The notes under the pieces: model-generated
Database searches by the model: none
Told to the model about the DNA's origin: nothing
What the model saw: the letters and a program-made list of their open reading frames with translations, nothing else
Part shown: positions 12,801 through 21,846 of the stretch, in pieces
How the letters are laid out: each line of letters opens with the position of its first letter
Position numbering within the stretch: position 1 is the first letter of the stretch
Position numbers and translations under genes: made by a program
Virus record (IMG/VR): IMGVR_UViG_3300028837_002886
Coordinates: 1 to 64,000 of that record
Length of the DNA: 64,000 bases
DNA from: a virus
Reading direction: 5' to 3' (one strand)

Positions 12801-14564
12801 TTGCAATGCGGCAGGTATGCCAGCGGCTGTCACTTGCTCTATAGTATTAGTTGCGCCAGTGCCGCCGGACTGAAATCTATAAAGATAGCCATTACTTGTG
12901 CCTATATATAGCCAACCGTCGTAAGTCGCGAGAGCTGTTATTGTTTCTGTTGCATCAAAATCGTCGGCATCGTTACCTTCTACTCTATTTGCGTTCGCAT
13001 CAGCTGTGTGGCCAAACGTCATTTCACCTTCATCTATAGAAGTCGAAATAGTATCAAGAGAATCTCCGGTTGATGCGCTAGCGTTTTTAACCAAACGATA
13101 AAGCTTGTGATGGTATGCAAAATATATCGCACTATCAAACTCAGCTATTGCTGCAACATCTTTGATGGCATACGGATCAGGTTCGTAACCAGAAATCCAT
13201 GTGTTATATAAATCATCCCAACGGCCTTCGCCCTGAATGATATGTTGGGTAAATTCGTAACTTAATTCAACTTGAGTCGACTGATCTTTAATAGGTATAT
13301 CAGGAGTAGCTACGGTGCCTATTGCGCCACTTACATCCAGCTCCGCCTCTTTGCCTTCAAACTCTCTGAATATTCTGGTGTTACTAACAGGCAGAATGCC
13401 TCTATCGTTACAATCAAAGTTCCTACCTCCCTGCCTAATGATGACATCAGGATCTGCCGATTGTGGGTAAGCGTAGCCAGAAGTAGCCGTCTTATAACGA
13501 GGATCGTATTCTCTGAATGGCAGATTTTCTCGTGTAACGTCATACTTTTGAGCAGGATGAGGAATGAGAAGCTCGCCTATGTCAAATGTCATAGCGTATA
13601 GAGCGTCGAGCTCTGGTTTATTAGCCCAGGCTATGGCCGCCAGCATTAATGGAGTATATTGACCATGATAGATAGTCGTGCTTGAAGCTATTGTTACATA
13701 AAAATCATATTCATCATGTGGATCTATGCCTGTTGGATCAAACTCGGTTATAACAAAGGTTACTTTTACTGTGCCATCCTCCGGATACGCTTCTTTGATT
13801 TCATCTTCGATGTCTTTTAGTAGAGTATCTGCGCCGGAGGTTGTATTATAATGAGTCTTACTGCTTATTACACTATAGGAGCTTTCATCATAAATAGCCT
13901 TGGCTGTTTCAACGCTGGAGTAATTACCATTTATAAATGCAACACCTGTATCTGCATGAAGTGGAGTTATATCTGCAAGACGGGCTCTGTTCTGTAATAC
14001 TTCTTTTACAAGGGCTCGGTCGCCTGAATTTGTAATGACGGAAGAACTATCTACTTCGGTGAATTCGTCCTCAATTATGGTACCATCTACCCACTCCTTC
14101 CAATACCATTTGGCTGTATCTGTTTCGTCATAATCTCCAACGACAACAGCTAGGTCCGCCGTGAGGTAGTCTTCGATATTTGCCCAGTAGTATCGGTAGC
14201 CTTTCGGCAGCTGCATATTGATGACCTTGAACCTATCCTCAGTAAAGAGGAACAGGTTATAAAGGTCGTCTCGACTCATTTCGTTGTCGACAATGCTAAC
14301 AAGGAATTTTTCACCAAGCTCCTCGAAGACACCATTACCTATTTGTAATGAGTTTAGTTCTACGTGGGTGTTTAACTTTTCATCATTGTCCGTCAGGTCT
14401 ATGAGAGGTCTGTTGTCGGTTTGCCATTCTACATAATCGGCAGGCACGTAGCCCTGCACGCCGGGTTTACCATCATCATCTATGCCTTGAATATATGTTA
14501 CCCCGTTTATTGTGATTGGACCATCACCCAGCGGTCCCAGTGACCATTTTTTAATTAAAGCCAT
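6840..14564 (-). CDS. Very large (2574 aa) tail fibre/baseplate-associated protein with propeller-like, CBM-like and LamG-like segments
   Basis: ITALATYDGWLYIGT-type blades; LENADFE...FTFSIY...WTRYTVT..IDAAKLEE (CBM-like); NVTTAIVEDNMIEVN motif typical of phage fibres; located in the tail module. Confidence 0.75.
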   Translation of the reverse strand: MALIKKWSLGPLGDGPITINGVTYIQGIDDDGKPGVQGYVPADYVEWQTDNRPLIDLTDNDEKLNTHVELNSLQIGNGVFEELGEKFLVSIVDNEMSRDDLYNLFLFTEDRFKVINMQLPKGYRYYWANIEDYLTADLAVVVGDYDETDTAKWYWKEWVDGTIIEDEFTEVDSSSVITNSGDRALVKEVLQNRARLADITPLHADTGVAFINGNYSSVETAKAIYDESSYSVISSKTHYNTTSGADTLLKDIEDEIKEAYPEDGTVKVTFVITEFDPTGIDPHDEYDFYVTIASSTTIYHGQYTPLMLAAIAWANKPELDALYAMTFDIGELLIPHPAQKYDVTRENLPFREYDPRYKTATSGYAYPQSADPDVIIRQGGRNFDCNDRGILPVSNTRIFREFEGKEAELDVSGAIGTVATPDIPIKDQSTQVELSYEFTQHIIQGEGRWDDLYNTWISGYEPDPYAIKDVAAIAEFDSAIYFAYHHKLYRLVKNASASTGDSLDTISTSIDEGEMTFGHTADANANRVEGNDADDFDATETITALATYDGWLYIGTSNGYLYRFQSGGTGATNTIEQVTAAGIPAALQAVNTLYVWTVPDQLAVGTDLGFRLLEHDGADAPQNVTITDLGTESPTLATTSVTAFTETSKYGSGYVQVLIIGTENNGIYYYGDRDFNSTRQLHHDDNYTNFVLNGLGAIQYASDFSSNYCTIKAFVKHKTQQDATIYMLVGIGDSSVEWDDDFGNHKPGDDELWRLVDANNEGDHEHFAYQRLNLYESETWRIDNFLENADFENGNPPDDWTFTGGIPGSVILDRRYGGNFNVYQAGLVNIDANTARVSQTYSPSGGLGVTPGTPKTFTFSIYMQNLTDLAASLEIGIEGLDNTGLVILESNSTAVNITTKDVWTRYTVTDTFSNVATVKARVYIKSTAAVQIGIDAAKLEESATATAFNSGGVNTSSFTSDNHACFINDIVSYSDHILMGGLRDTRGEWGGHKDEVGYSYPTGAPADEEYPNRPDGGINSAIDTVDGSTTDTLGSAVVEYLSSNGGLYYVDQLMLYNTSYGLDFFTFFKDANGAIWGGSKGRLFKVHDEKEASASSYVELFNDTNNPTEFRTIIRIPASDNDVDLIDPTSPLWHTFVISTLLQEGNKDRMRLIKGSVIVRNSPSSRVSYVEGRDYEVEYDPTNSNYGKIRRKPNPLFEMTGYGRIDPDQKVYIEYKYFNILEEVVGSTEGYKNLDLTARTVTINLPSGVLAENYELFCDMVYTKEFKGIDEAHPDFSTPVTGIKENLKPYDYVTTFTSAHVWSEKLHLLVYSRDQFKHQIYASYDFSIPRVDIIQLNEEWDEEGFVTAITPGIPHDNSPQEPNTSTFDEQTMQDAIAGGGGSITRQHVWYGFVSTDEAIKLYTMNVSQQDYFLNDIYDRRYYITKLQLWDYYIGIKSDTVAYFPFSRSFVSSNGRYIPATTVSSSTIEEIDDDNVCQFNNFPGEFDEQGLYDSEAEFQADWDYTPDYFGLSIVDEYGVRRWRADGLPDNPGIPRGLYITDPRSTGIAFDNTNAMQLNRNMTISQSFLDGSGEPLYPKDIYQFDLSYYLENAYGAGASSKLEVRIYYSDEGATGDLYYSTIRAFSGGADDLIEDKLDTISVRTAAAVIPKRIEIITSGWDESDEFGGGDPRYVGATHFDAGDYRAKLNLYLSNPRVYRAGVDYTKFYQSSARFDERIQYNVPLSGLAGSVYLKYKPTFKYNFNLAGSYQDSVVLFDSRKTANQENYFQIIYDAKDYNTSESLSKATFDNLGTVANPYSRWPLDGGSYWNSFKIVFYTKQMNIDQSDIEYEYRSYALDTWDTENQSRYKFESNEAFQVFHTLLVTWQRLDEIYPDITRFSDGYNDWQFLMTFYFDNLTPISKLIIIDPNVLENLTESIQIGGGWLKQSYNPSTETITWSESLAEGFINELRVERSAIDHDKAQLWINKKLPFLDANNIPVLQDIITLTDEVKIINGTTGEYANLRLNDMFIEGDLYVMGNEVIANVTTAIVEDNMIEVNRIQEFDDDGNWVGIPELASPVRSGIKSFRHPDDEDYDSALIWEETADEWQLIELDKFDITYDDNVLLGASWSTLSGTGTGEDNSIYTIVTTSDNTPTPMFGNSAGTWTFSTQIKTTDSGSWYVKIHTVAQLQDLSEIEHISDPFLVTPIYSEQMYRVVYETDNIKQVTIYLEVSTAGRLSSSLSHQNDVFAKTTTDSTNYEMPNETQDLRLRKLIVAAPIDNAGKEAFITYQGAKSAIKIMAVDGLWINNNVMTDSMTLKSEEDENLNVELHIYNNAGADGNLSLNAIRPAYIENIVNNSEITTFSGKVDNIQKYNLQISKSGHIEPGADADEVIFSTDNDIYQIMKIDSDANVYFRQAQLTNRDEPSAANPLIYNVIESVKLDLNDTLGTQDCVRVTLDQSGTGAVEAAPLVSSEIALSNSNESNGVRYLQAYKITFSGRVSGAPGDTQANIQHNLNISLDKTVVMFGVSSPLRHVYWDPTLSNANNLVVKLDDENTMTTTESSNPNDWVDPDDGYIKVFVTIMGQVPVTSGITMS

Positions 14565-14586
14565 TTGTATAACTCCATATTATATT

Positions 14587-14904
14587 TCATCGGTTTGCCA
14601 TCAGGTTAAACGATCCTCTGATTATTAATCGCTTGTCTTCTGTGTTGAGATCCCTCATTTTATATAAAGCAGATTTCCCTATTATTCTGCCACTGATGCC
14701 GATGTGTCGTTTGACCGTGAGGTTAGCCCACGAGCCAGATAATCTAAGATTAATCTCGGTGTCATAATATGGTTTTATGCCCATTTTTGTGTGTAGCGAC
14801 CGAACTCCTGAGATTTTATAAAATCGTCGTTCGATTTGACCACTGTACGTCGGGTGCTTAACTTCTACTGCCCAAAATGGGAAATCTCTACCAAATATTT
14901 TCAT
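14587..14904 (-). CDS. Small hypothetical protein, C-terminal motif family
   Basis: 105 aa, ends KRLIIRGSF; coupled to neighbours. Confidence 0.7.
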   Translation of the reverse strand: MKIFGRDFPFWAVEVKHPTYSGQIERRFYKISGVRSLHTKMGIKPYYDTEINLRLSGSWANLTVKRHIGISGRIIGKSALYKMRDLNTEDKRLIIRGSFNLMANR

Positions 14905-15227
14905 TAGTCAGCCTTGGTTATTGCTGTCTTTTTATATCGTCTAATATAGTTAGAAAGAAACGGAAACTGCTCTTTTATTGTTTTATACCTTTTGAGCTTT
15001 TTCTTTTTGTGATAGAACTTTACCTCTGTTTTGACCGTACTGTTAACGAGAGCTCTTATTTCATTTTTGTTGCCTTTGTAGTAATTTAAATTGTAACCCA
15101 GCACGCTATCTCCCTTGTAATTTGGATCCAGCACCAGTACATTGGGAATCGGATCATGAATTGTATAGTCTTCGCGACTTCCCGAATACTTGAATTCTCT
15201 ACCTTTAAGCTTCTCGTCAATTCTCAT
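14904..15227 (-). CDS. T4 gp2-like DNA end-protector family protein (likely start MRIDEKL at 15227)
   Basis: IHDPIPNVLVL...LGYNLNYY resembles the D..P...GLNLHYL core of gp2-like proteins; paralogue at 36534..37148. Confidence 0.5.
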   Translation of the reverse strand: MRIDEKLKGREFKYSGSREDYTIHDPIPNVLVLDPNYKGDSVLGYNLNYYKGNKNEIRALVNSTVKTEVKFYHKKKKLKRYKTIKEQFPFLSNYIRRYKKTAITKAD

Positions 15228-16174
15228 TAGAAGTAAACGCTCCATACAAATGTGAAGCTCACCGAGTTTTCTTTTGTGATACCATTGAAGTATCTTTTTG
15301 TACAAAGTATGCCAGTCTCCATATCTGCGTTCTCGCCTGGAGTGTCCGGGTCTAATACCAACCCAGCGCTGCAGTATAGTCCCACTTCGTTGATGGTAAC
15401 ACCATCATAAGGATAAGCGCTGCCGGTTCCCGTAGCGCCATATGCCAAGTCCGGTAACGTTACCTGAAAGACTACCCTGTTATTGACATCAGAACCCTGA
15501 GTCGCGCTGACGCTGATATGATACTCATGCTCTCTGTCTATCATGACAAAAGGAGCTGGATCACCATTTGTGTCAGTTGGATCCTCCAACACAGTTCTAT
15601 CGGCATCGATAGTTGAACCTGGTATACCGCCTTGGCCGAACAGGTATTTTGAAATCATGAGCGGATAAATATTATCGCCTGGTGTCATAGTGTGACTTGG
15701 GTCTGGGTTCGCGCCGCCTGTCCATGAGTCGGTATCATTGTACAATAATCGATCATATACACCATATGGTTTAGCTTGACCGTCTGCTGTGGCGTCTATG
15801 TAACCGCTTCGGTATCGCCAAGGACAACCAAATGTTTGGGTTGTGCTGCCTGCTCCCGGGTTGTCAATACCGGTTGTGGAGTTCACATAATAATCTTGTA
15901 GTTGAGTAAATGGAGCAATAGCCGCCATCTGGCCCTCGTCATCCAGATAGCCCGTATGCTCGCCGAAGCTGGAAAACACATAACCAGCCAACAAATAAGC
16001 CAATGGCATTTTCAACCACGTCATGATTTGATTAGGCCCATGGTCCTCGTAAATAACATTGCCTTTTTCTCGGACATAAATGTCCAAGTAGCCGTGCGGT
16101 GTGGTAATTTTTTCAGGATCGAATCCGAACCTTTTATAAATAAGCTCATCGCACTTGTTTTTAAAATTTATCAT
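15227..16174 (-). CDS. Baseplate/tail-collar fibre-anchor protein
   Basis: C-terminal INEVGLY...KRYFNGITKENSVSFTFVWSVYF matches the tail-collar/fibre N-terminal domain signature. Confidence 0.7.
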   Translation of the reverse strand: MINFKNKCDELIYKRFGFDPEKITTPHGYLDIYVREKGNVIYEDHGPNQIMTWLKMPLAYLLAGYVFSSFGEHTGYLDDEGQMAAIAPFTQLQDYYVNSTTGIDNPGAGSTTQTFGCPWRYRSGYIDATADGQAKPYGVYDRLLYNDTDSWTGGANPDPSHTMTPGDNIYPLMISKYLFGQGGIPGSTIDADRTVLEDPTDTNGDPAPFVMIDREHEYHISVSATQGSDVNNRVVFQVTLPDLAYGATGTGSAYPYDGVTINEVGLYCSAGLVLDPDTPGENADMETGILCTKRYFNGITKENSVSFTFVWSVYF

Positions 16175-16281
16175 TACTTCTCTCCGTTTTCTTTCTTATT
16201 TTTATCTTTCTTTTGTTTAGGTTTTTTGACTATTATTTTAAGATCATCTTTCGGCATTTCAACTCTATCATCAGGTGCCAT
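16174..16281 (-). CDS. 35-aa lysine-rich peptide (not in ORF track)
   Basis: GGAG SD then ATG at 16281; MAPDDRVEMPKDDLKIIVKKPKQKKDKNKKENGEK; stop overlaps the next start. Confidence 0.45.
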   Translation of the reverse strand: MAPDDRVEMPKDDLKIIVKKPKQKKDKNKKENGEK

Positions 16282-16290
16282 TATTTACTC

Positions 16291-16614
16291 CTATTGTAAA
16301 AATATATAACGTAAAATGTCACTTGTGACTTCTCTTTTGGAATTTTTCAGAGCCTTCTCGATATCTTTTTTTTCACCTGGCAACATATCCTTCACTTCAA
16401 GCCAAGTCGATAAGCTGTGTGATAGACTGGCTTTCATTTTATATTTACCTTCCGTGGTTTCAGCTACATATTGATTCACTGATAACAGGATCGGGTAAGA
16501 TTTCCATTCGAACCCTACCGTCGCGATATATCTTCCTGGCTCACCCCATTTTGTACGATACCACTTGAAGGCCTCAAAATCAGCAATCTTTAATCTCTTA
16601 TATTCATCACTCAT
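16291..16614 (-). CDS. Small hypothetical protein (KWY and C-terminal ILRYIF family)
   Basis: 107 aa; FKWYR near the N-terminus, ends DILRYIFLQ. Confidence 0.7.
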   Translation of the reverse strand: MSDEYKRLKIADFEAFKWYRTKWGEPGRYIATVGFEWKSYPILLSVNQYVAETTEGKYKMKASLSHSLSTWLEVKDMLPGEKKDIEKALKNSKREVTSDILRYIFLQ

Positions 16615-16837
16615 TCTTGAATAATCCGTTTATAATTTGCTGCTTGTCTTTTATGTTGGCCTCAATAACTTCAAGATAGCCGGTTTCCAAGCCATCAAGA
16701 AACTCTGTATATGTAAACAACTCGCCTGGATAAAATTCAGCTTCGGTTTCTGGATCTATGAGCACAGGACCTTCGGGAGTATACTCTTCAACTTCAGCTA
16801 CCCCTTCAAAACTCATTTCTATCACTCTAAGTGTCAC
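16607..16837 (-). CDS. Small acidic hypothetical protein, C-terminal motif family
   Basis: 76 aa, GAGG SD, ends KQQIINGLFKNE. Confidence 0.65.
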   Translation of the reverse strand: MTLRVIEMSFEGVAEVEEYTPEGPVLIDPETEAEFYPGELFTYTEFLDGLETGYLEVIEANIKDKQQIINGLFKNE

Positions 16838-16846
16838 TTACATACC

Positions 16847-18367
16847 TCACGTTGGATACGGATTAGAGTCTAACCACGTCAAGAATTCCGCACCCGTTAA
16901 TGTAAAAGACCAACCTGCGTTATCGACATAAGTTTGCAAACTGTCAATAGCTGTTTTAAATGTCAGAGTGTGTTGCAATCCTGCGATATGAGATGGATGA
17001 TCAACTCCTCTAGCGTGTACTCCGTTGTGCCGTATATAATCACCTATTACATCTTCGTCTTCGCTTAATGGATATCCTTCGGTTGTAACTACAATATCCG
17101 TCAACAGTTGCTCGTCTGTTATATTTATTACCTGCGTATCATATTCTGTATCGTTTGTATCATAATCCGACTTGAGCTGCTCCCATTCGCTTCCGCTGGA
17201 GTTGATACCTGCTATATCGTAAATCAACTTCAGCAATACGATTGTAAAATCTTCATAAATCGGTACAGGACCATCTGTATAAGGCGACAGGTTGATATTG
17301 ATTGCAGATTGAATATAACTAGGAGATAGAAAATCCATATATTTGTTGATGATCTTATCAACAACGTCAGGATCCTGCGGCATCAAATCTGTGTCGCCCT
17401 GATAGAACTGTGTCAATTCGTGACGGATATAGTTCGTCTTAAAATATGTATAAGGATCCGGGAAACCAGGCACTACACCAAGCAGCTCGTCAACATCTAT
17501 TCCTCTTGCAGCCGGGTCTGCCAAGAAATCAAACATCTCAAGGTTCTTTGTTTCAGTAAACAACGAATTTGGTATAGGAGATGATATCACCTCGTCCGTT
17601 GCTGGATCCGTTTCGAACCTTTCTCTTGGGTCTGTTTCTGTTATGTAGTTCTCTGCCTTGGTTGAGGCTTTGCCAGGATTATCCACATCCCTATCGAAAT
17701 AATTCTCGATGACCTCGTAGTCAAAACCCAAAAACTTGAAGAAAAATTTGAAACTATAATTAGTTCCTTTTATGTGATATATTTCCAGAGCGTTTTTAAC
17801 AATCTCTCTGAATGATGTATCGCCAAGCTGAAAGTCCTCTTTTTCGTATCCAACTAGTTGAGCGAGATATGCCAAATATTCATCAGGCACCGTGTCTATG
17901 TTGCCCAATTTTTCTATGTCCGTAATGACCGCTTCGATTTTGTCGTATTCAATACCGACGGCGCCGAATAGAAGTTTGAGTTTCTCTTTTTCACTTATAA
18001 TGGCGTTGTCATATCTCGGCAAGAAATTGAATATGTTGGTGTTCCAATAAGGATCGTTGGCGCCGAACTTATATACATAACACATGTAAGTATATAAATA
18101 TCGGCTTGTAATACCACGCTCGCCTGAAACATACACGGTTCCATCTGGGTTGTATAGCGGATAGCTAGCTTTATCGGCCATGCGCTGCATCAATGTTTCA
18201 TCCAGATACAGATTTTGAGTAGTTGTGTTGGTAATATATCCCTCTGCATCTTCTGTATCCAATAGCGACGCGACAGCTCGCAGATCGGGTTCTGTGATGT
18301 TAGTAAAGTCCTCGAGCAGGTATTGGATAGCTGCACTATTTATCAACGCCAGAGCTTTGTCTGCCAT
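16847..18367 (-). CDS. Baseplate wedge subunit (P2 gpI / T4 gp7-like)
   Basis: IDTVPDEYLAYLAQLVGY...YHIKGTNYSFKFFFKFLGF; directly follows the gp6-like gene. Confidence 0.8.
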   Translation of the reverse strand: MADKALALINSAAIQYLLEDFTNITEPDLRAVASLLDTEDAEGYITNTTTQNLYLDETLMQRMADKASYPLYNPDGTVYVSGERGITSRYLYTYMCYVYKFGANDPYWNTNIFNFLPRYDNAIISEKEKLKLLFGAVGIEYDKIEAVITDIEKLGNIDTVPDEYLAYLAQLVGYEKEDFQLGDTSFREIVKNALEIYHIKGTNYSFKFFFKFLGFDYEVIENYFDRDVDNPGKASTKAENYITETDPRERFETDPATDEVISSPIPNSLFTETKNLEMFDFLADPAARGIDVDELLGVVPGFPDPYTYFKTNYIRHELTQFYQGDTDLMPQDPDVVDKIINKYMDFLSPSYIQSAININLSPYTDGPVPIYEDFTIVLLKLIYDIAGINSSGSEWEQLKSDYDTNDTEYDTQVINITDEQLLTDIVVTTEGYPLSEDEDVIGDYIRHNGVHARGVDHPSHIAGLQHTLTFKTAIDSLQTYVDNAGWSFTLTGAEFLTWLDSNPYPT

Positions 18368-20613
18368 TATTCACCACCTACTTCCACATAATCAAACATT
18401 ACACCATGTATTTGAGATGCCACCAGAAGAGATGCGCCTTCAAATTCGTTATTCGAAACAACCATTATCTCGTTATATTTGGTTTCTATATTGTCTAATC
18501 CATAATTCTTCGCTGTCGCTGGTGGAGTGACTGGATCCGCTTTATAGGTTTCATAATCTTTTCCAAAGTAAGCTACCTGTAAATATCTGACACCAGCGAT
18601 TGACTGAACTAACGCTATTATTTCTGGCAGCACAATCGGTTCAGCATAGTCTCGATTTAATAGGCTATAGTTAAGAAACATCAAAGCGTTTACTTGTTCC
18701 TTAACCAGTTCTTGGTTGTAGTTCTTTTCTACGTATACTGTGCCTTTGACGTCGAAAGCGGTATATAGTGTATCTAAGTATACATTATCTATACATAGCA
18801 TCTTCTTGTTTGCCAAATAATTTTCAAATGTAGTAATATCGGAGGCGGCGTCTGTTACTTGATCCCACCACCACCAGGTTATTGTTAAGGCTTGTCCGGC
18901 CGGGATACCATAACCACCCATTTGTTCATATCTGGTCAAGAGACCTCGTGCGTAGTCGAATATGTAATCGACATTCTGCAGGTAAGGAGACAGGCCAACC
19001 GCCACATCAATAGCGGGGTATCTTTGATATACCGGAATGTACTCACTAGGAAGCTGTAGCGTGTATGAACTTATGCCATAGTTTTGATTTACGGCCGCGA
19101 AGCTTGGTGCTTCTTTCAAGTACAGCACATCATCTACACCAGTTTCGATTGACGCTACTACCCCTAGATATATCTCAGAACCTGTGCCAGTTCCTGGAAT
19201 GGAGATAACGTCATCAACAGATAGCTCAGAGCTAAACAGTGTGCCGGCTCCTGTTACTTTAGTTGGTTCCACTCCAGACGGGTCGAATGATATCGTACCG
19301 GTTAAAAGGCTCATTGCTGGAAAAGTAAACACATCACTTTTCACTTCATAAGGTTTAGTTATCTGTAATTGAGTATTGTATTCAGTTCTTGGATCCAAGG
19401 ACGACCAATTAACATAAGAAGGAACAATATAGATCCAACTCTCGAATGTCGGTATTGTATATCCATATTCGTCTGCTATTTCCGCAGGCTCGTTCACTTT
19501 ACCATAGACAACTGCCAACATTACATTTGAATGAGATATAAGTATTCGTTTATAATCCAACGGAGTAACAGTCTTGTCCGCTGTGGTCACATATAATGGA
19601 GCTCTTCGTCTCGCTTCATCGACTGTTTCAGCATTTGTGCCGTTGGCGCCAGCTTCGTTATTGGTGAATGTAATCATTACCGGATTGCCGCCAACAACAT
19701 AAGACTTGGTTTCTTTTATGGCTCCTGTGACTACATTACCAGATGTTCCGCCGCCGACTCTATAATATATTTTGATTGTATCGCCTGCGGCAAACACATT
19801 GGCGATGTCAGAGCTGGCGAATTTAATTGTCGTCGCACTGTTGGCGTCGACATCCACCACATAAGGAGGCACCAACAATGGAGAACCATCTTCTTTCAGT
19901 TGGGCTTCCTCAGATACGAAGCTGTTAACCTCGGGGAGCTTTTCTACTTCCTCACCTGTAGCGTTAAGCGTCCAAATTTGAATACTGCCATCCGCTACGG
20001 GAGATTCGGCTAAAACCAAAAGCTCGTTATCTGTGCCAGTCATAGTTTCTTCTTGAGTTTTAGTACTGCCCTCGTAAAATGTCAAAGCGTCGTCGCCTGT
20101 GAAATTAAGAGTCTGACTGGTAATGGTGCCTGTGTTTAGTGTGACAATAGCATCATCTCCGAAGTATATAAAATCTCCATCGGAATCTTTTAGAATTAAT
20201 TCGAAGTTTGCAGTATCTCCATTTCTGTCTGTACCGGTGAGCGCCAAGAGAACCGGTAAATCAAACGGCTCCACCCAGTTTGATAGAACAGCATCAGTTA
20301 TGACAGAGGCCGCGCCTGGCAGTGTCAGTCTGTAATTAATAAGCTTCAATAGCTCAATAACAGATTGCGTTTGCGTAGCGGTTGCCAGGTATGATTCGTT
20401 AGCCTTCCAATCAACTCGGAATGCCAGCAAATCCATAGTGTATGCGGATATCTCTATCAGCATTCTGCCTGCGTTAGATTCTAAAAAGTCTTCCCAGTTT
20501 TCGTTGTATTCCGGATTTTCACGAACGACACGTTTAATGTCAGTTACTATTGTTTCAAAGTCCAGAGCCGTATAAGAAAATCTGGGTAGAGCAATAAGGT
20601 CATCAGTTGCCAT
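18367..20613 (-). CDS. Baseplate wedge subunit (T4 gp6 / baseplate J-like)
   Basis: YTALDFETI..WEDFLESNAGRMLIE, NESYLATA, YRVGGGTSGNV, GTNAETVDEARRRAP..VTPLDY. Confidence 0.92.
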   Translation of the reverse strand: MATDDLIALPRFSYTALDFETIVTDIKRVVRENPEYNENWEDFLESNAGRMLIEISAYTMDLLAFRVDWKANESYLATATQTQSVIELLKLINYRLTLPGAASVITDAVLSNWVEPFDLPVLLALTGTDRNGDTANFELILKDSDGDFIYFGDDAIVTLNTGTITSQTLNFTGDDALTFYEGSTKTQEETMTGTDNELLVLAESPVADGSIQIWTLNATGEEVEKLPEVNSFVSEEAQLKEDGSPLLVPPYVVDVDANSATTIKFASSDIANVFAAGDTIKIYYRVGGGTSGNVVTGAIKETKSYVVGGNPVMITFTNNEAGANGTNAETVDEARRRAPLYVTTADKTVTPLDYKRILISHSNVMLAVVYGKVNEPAEIADEYGYTIPTFESWIYIVPSYVNWSSLDPRTEYNTQLQITKPYEVKSDVFTFPAMSLLTGTISFDPSGVEPTKVTGAGTLFSSELSVDDVISIPGTGTGSEIYLGVVASIETGVDDVLYLKEAPSFAAVNQNYGISSYTLQLPSEYIPVYQRYPAIDVAVGLSPYLQNVDYIFDYARGLLTRYEQMGGYGIPAGQALTITWWWWDQVTDAASDITTFENYLANKKMLCIDNVYLDTLYTAFDVKGTVYVEKNYNQELVKEQVNALMFLNYSLLNRDYAEPIVLPEIIALVQSIAGVRYLQVAYFGKDYETYKADPVTPPATAKNYGLDNIETKYNEIMVVSNNEFEGASLLVASQIHGVMFDYVEVGGE

Positions 20614-20617
20614 ATTA

Positions 20618-20971
20618 TTAACCTTCTAATTCGAATTCGTACTCTAAAAAGTTTTCATTCAACGGATTACCAACTTCATTGAATTGTAATTTAATAAATA
20701 AATTATTGCCTTCTGCGGTAATAATTATATCCTGTAAATTAACGCGCGGTTCATACCTGTTAAGCGCGTTTTCAATCATTCTTTTAACGTCATTGATATA
20801 TATATCGGCTTGAGATTCAAATAATAATTTTCTCAAGTTGCTTCCAAACTGAGGCCTGCCTACGCGTTCGCCGGGCGTAGTCATAAGGATGCGCGTAATA
20901 GATTCTTTTATGAGTGCCTCGTTTGCTTTTATTTTGAAAAAAGCTTCACTATAGAATCCGGGTCCTCTCAT
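20618..20971 (-). CDS. GPW/gp25 family baseplate protein
   Basis: ILMTTPGERVGRPQFGSNL..LFE...YEPRV. Confidence 0.93.
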   Translation of the reverse strand: MRGPGFYSEAFFKIKANEALIKESITRILMTTPGERVGRPQFGSNLRKLLFESQADIYINDVKRMIENALNRYEPRVNLQDIIITAEGNNLFIKLQFNEVGNPLNENFLEYEFELEG

Positions 20972-21240
20972 GCGAACTCCAACATTTGTGTTATTATTTC
21001 GGTTTTTGTATCTCTGCTATACAAAGATTTTGCCTCTATTTGTTTCTTACCTGTTTTTAAATCATCCCAGACATTCGGATCGGACGAATAACCACCTACA
21101 TTCATTTTGCCATAATCGTTCAGTTCGGCAATCATATGGCCAAACTTCTTTATGTGTATGCCGAGTGGTAAGTAGTAACACACTTCTGATCTATCTTGTG
21201 TTACTCTTTTTGCGTTATGCCACTTTCCAACCTCTGCCAT
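20968..21240 (-). CDS. Small hypothetical protein, array subfamily C
   Basis: YLPLGIHIKKFGHMIAEL, paralogous to 21257..21553. Confidence 0.7.
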   Translation of the reverse strand: MAEVGKWHNAKRVTQDRSEVCYYLPLGIHIKKFGHMIAELNDYGKMNVGGYSSDPNVWDDLKTGKKQIEAKSLYSRDTKTEIITQMLEFA

Positions 21241-21256
21241 TATCCAGGTCCTTTCA

Positions 21257-21553
21257 TTATAGCTCCAGGGCTCCTACTAATATTCCAGTTTTTATATATC
21301 TACGATATAGACCTAATTTATTGGCTTCTTCTTTGCTTAATTCTTTGTACCCCCACTTTTCAAGGAACAACGAAAGAAAATATTTTAAATCCAAAGTATT
21401 ATCGGTGACATATAGATCACCGGATTCGCCAACTTCTGCAACCAAGTATCCTGCGCCTTTTTTATGTATTCCAAGCAGCAGATACCAGCGTGTTTTTTCA
21501 TCTGTCGAATGTAGACTTTTGGCCGTACCGTACCATTTTACAAGTTCCGTCAT
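21257..21553 (-). CDS. Small hypothetical protein, array subfamily C (likely start MTELVKWY)
   Basis: YLLLGIHKKGAGYLVAEV; KWY motif. Confidence 0.7.
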   Translation of the reverse strand: MTELVKWYGTAKSLHSTDEKTRWYLLLGIHKKGAGYLVAEVGESGDLYVTDNTLDLKYFLSLFLEKWGYKELSKEEANKLGLYRRYIKTGILVGALEL

Positions 21554-21846
21554 TGTCTCGGTCCAAACAGCCAAAAGTAATTTTCTATAATTTTACCTTT
21601 GTTGCCCTTCAGATATCTCGCGACGTATTTTTTATCTGACGAAGACTCGTCGCAGACAACCATATTTTCTGGTTTTATAAGCCCGGTATTAATCCAAAGT
21701 TTTGTTAATTTATCATCACTTGTTACTAAATTGATATACGCCCACGGCATCAGTAACGAATTTTTGGGTGTTTTTATGGCAAATAAGAAAGTTCTTTCGT
21801 TTTTATATAACCGATGTTCTTGATACCACGTGTGGTATTTAATCAT
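21550..21846 (-). CDS. Small hypothetical protein, array subfamily A
   Basis: FAIKTPK..PWAYINLVTSDD..LWI..YLKGNKGKIIENYF. Confidence 0.75.
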   Translation of the reverse strand: MIKYHTWYQEHRLYKNERTFLFAIKTPKNSLLMPWAYINLVTSDDKLTKLWINTGLIKPENMVVCDESSSDKKYVARYLKGNKGKIIENYFWLFGPRQ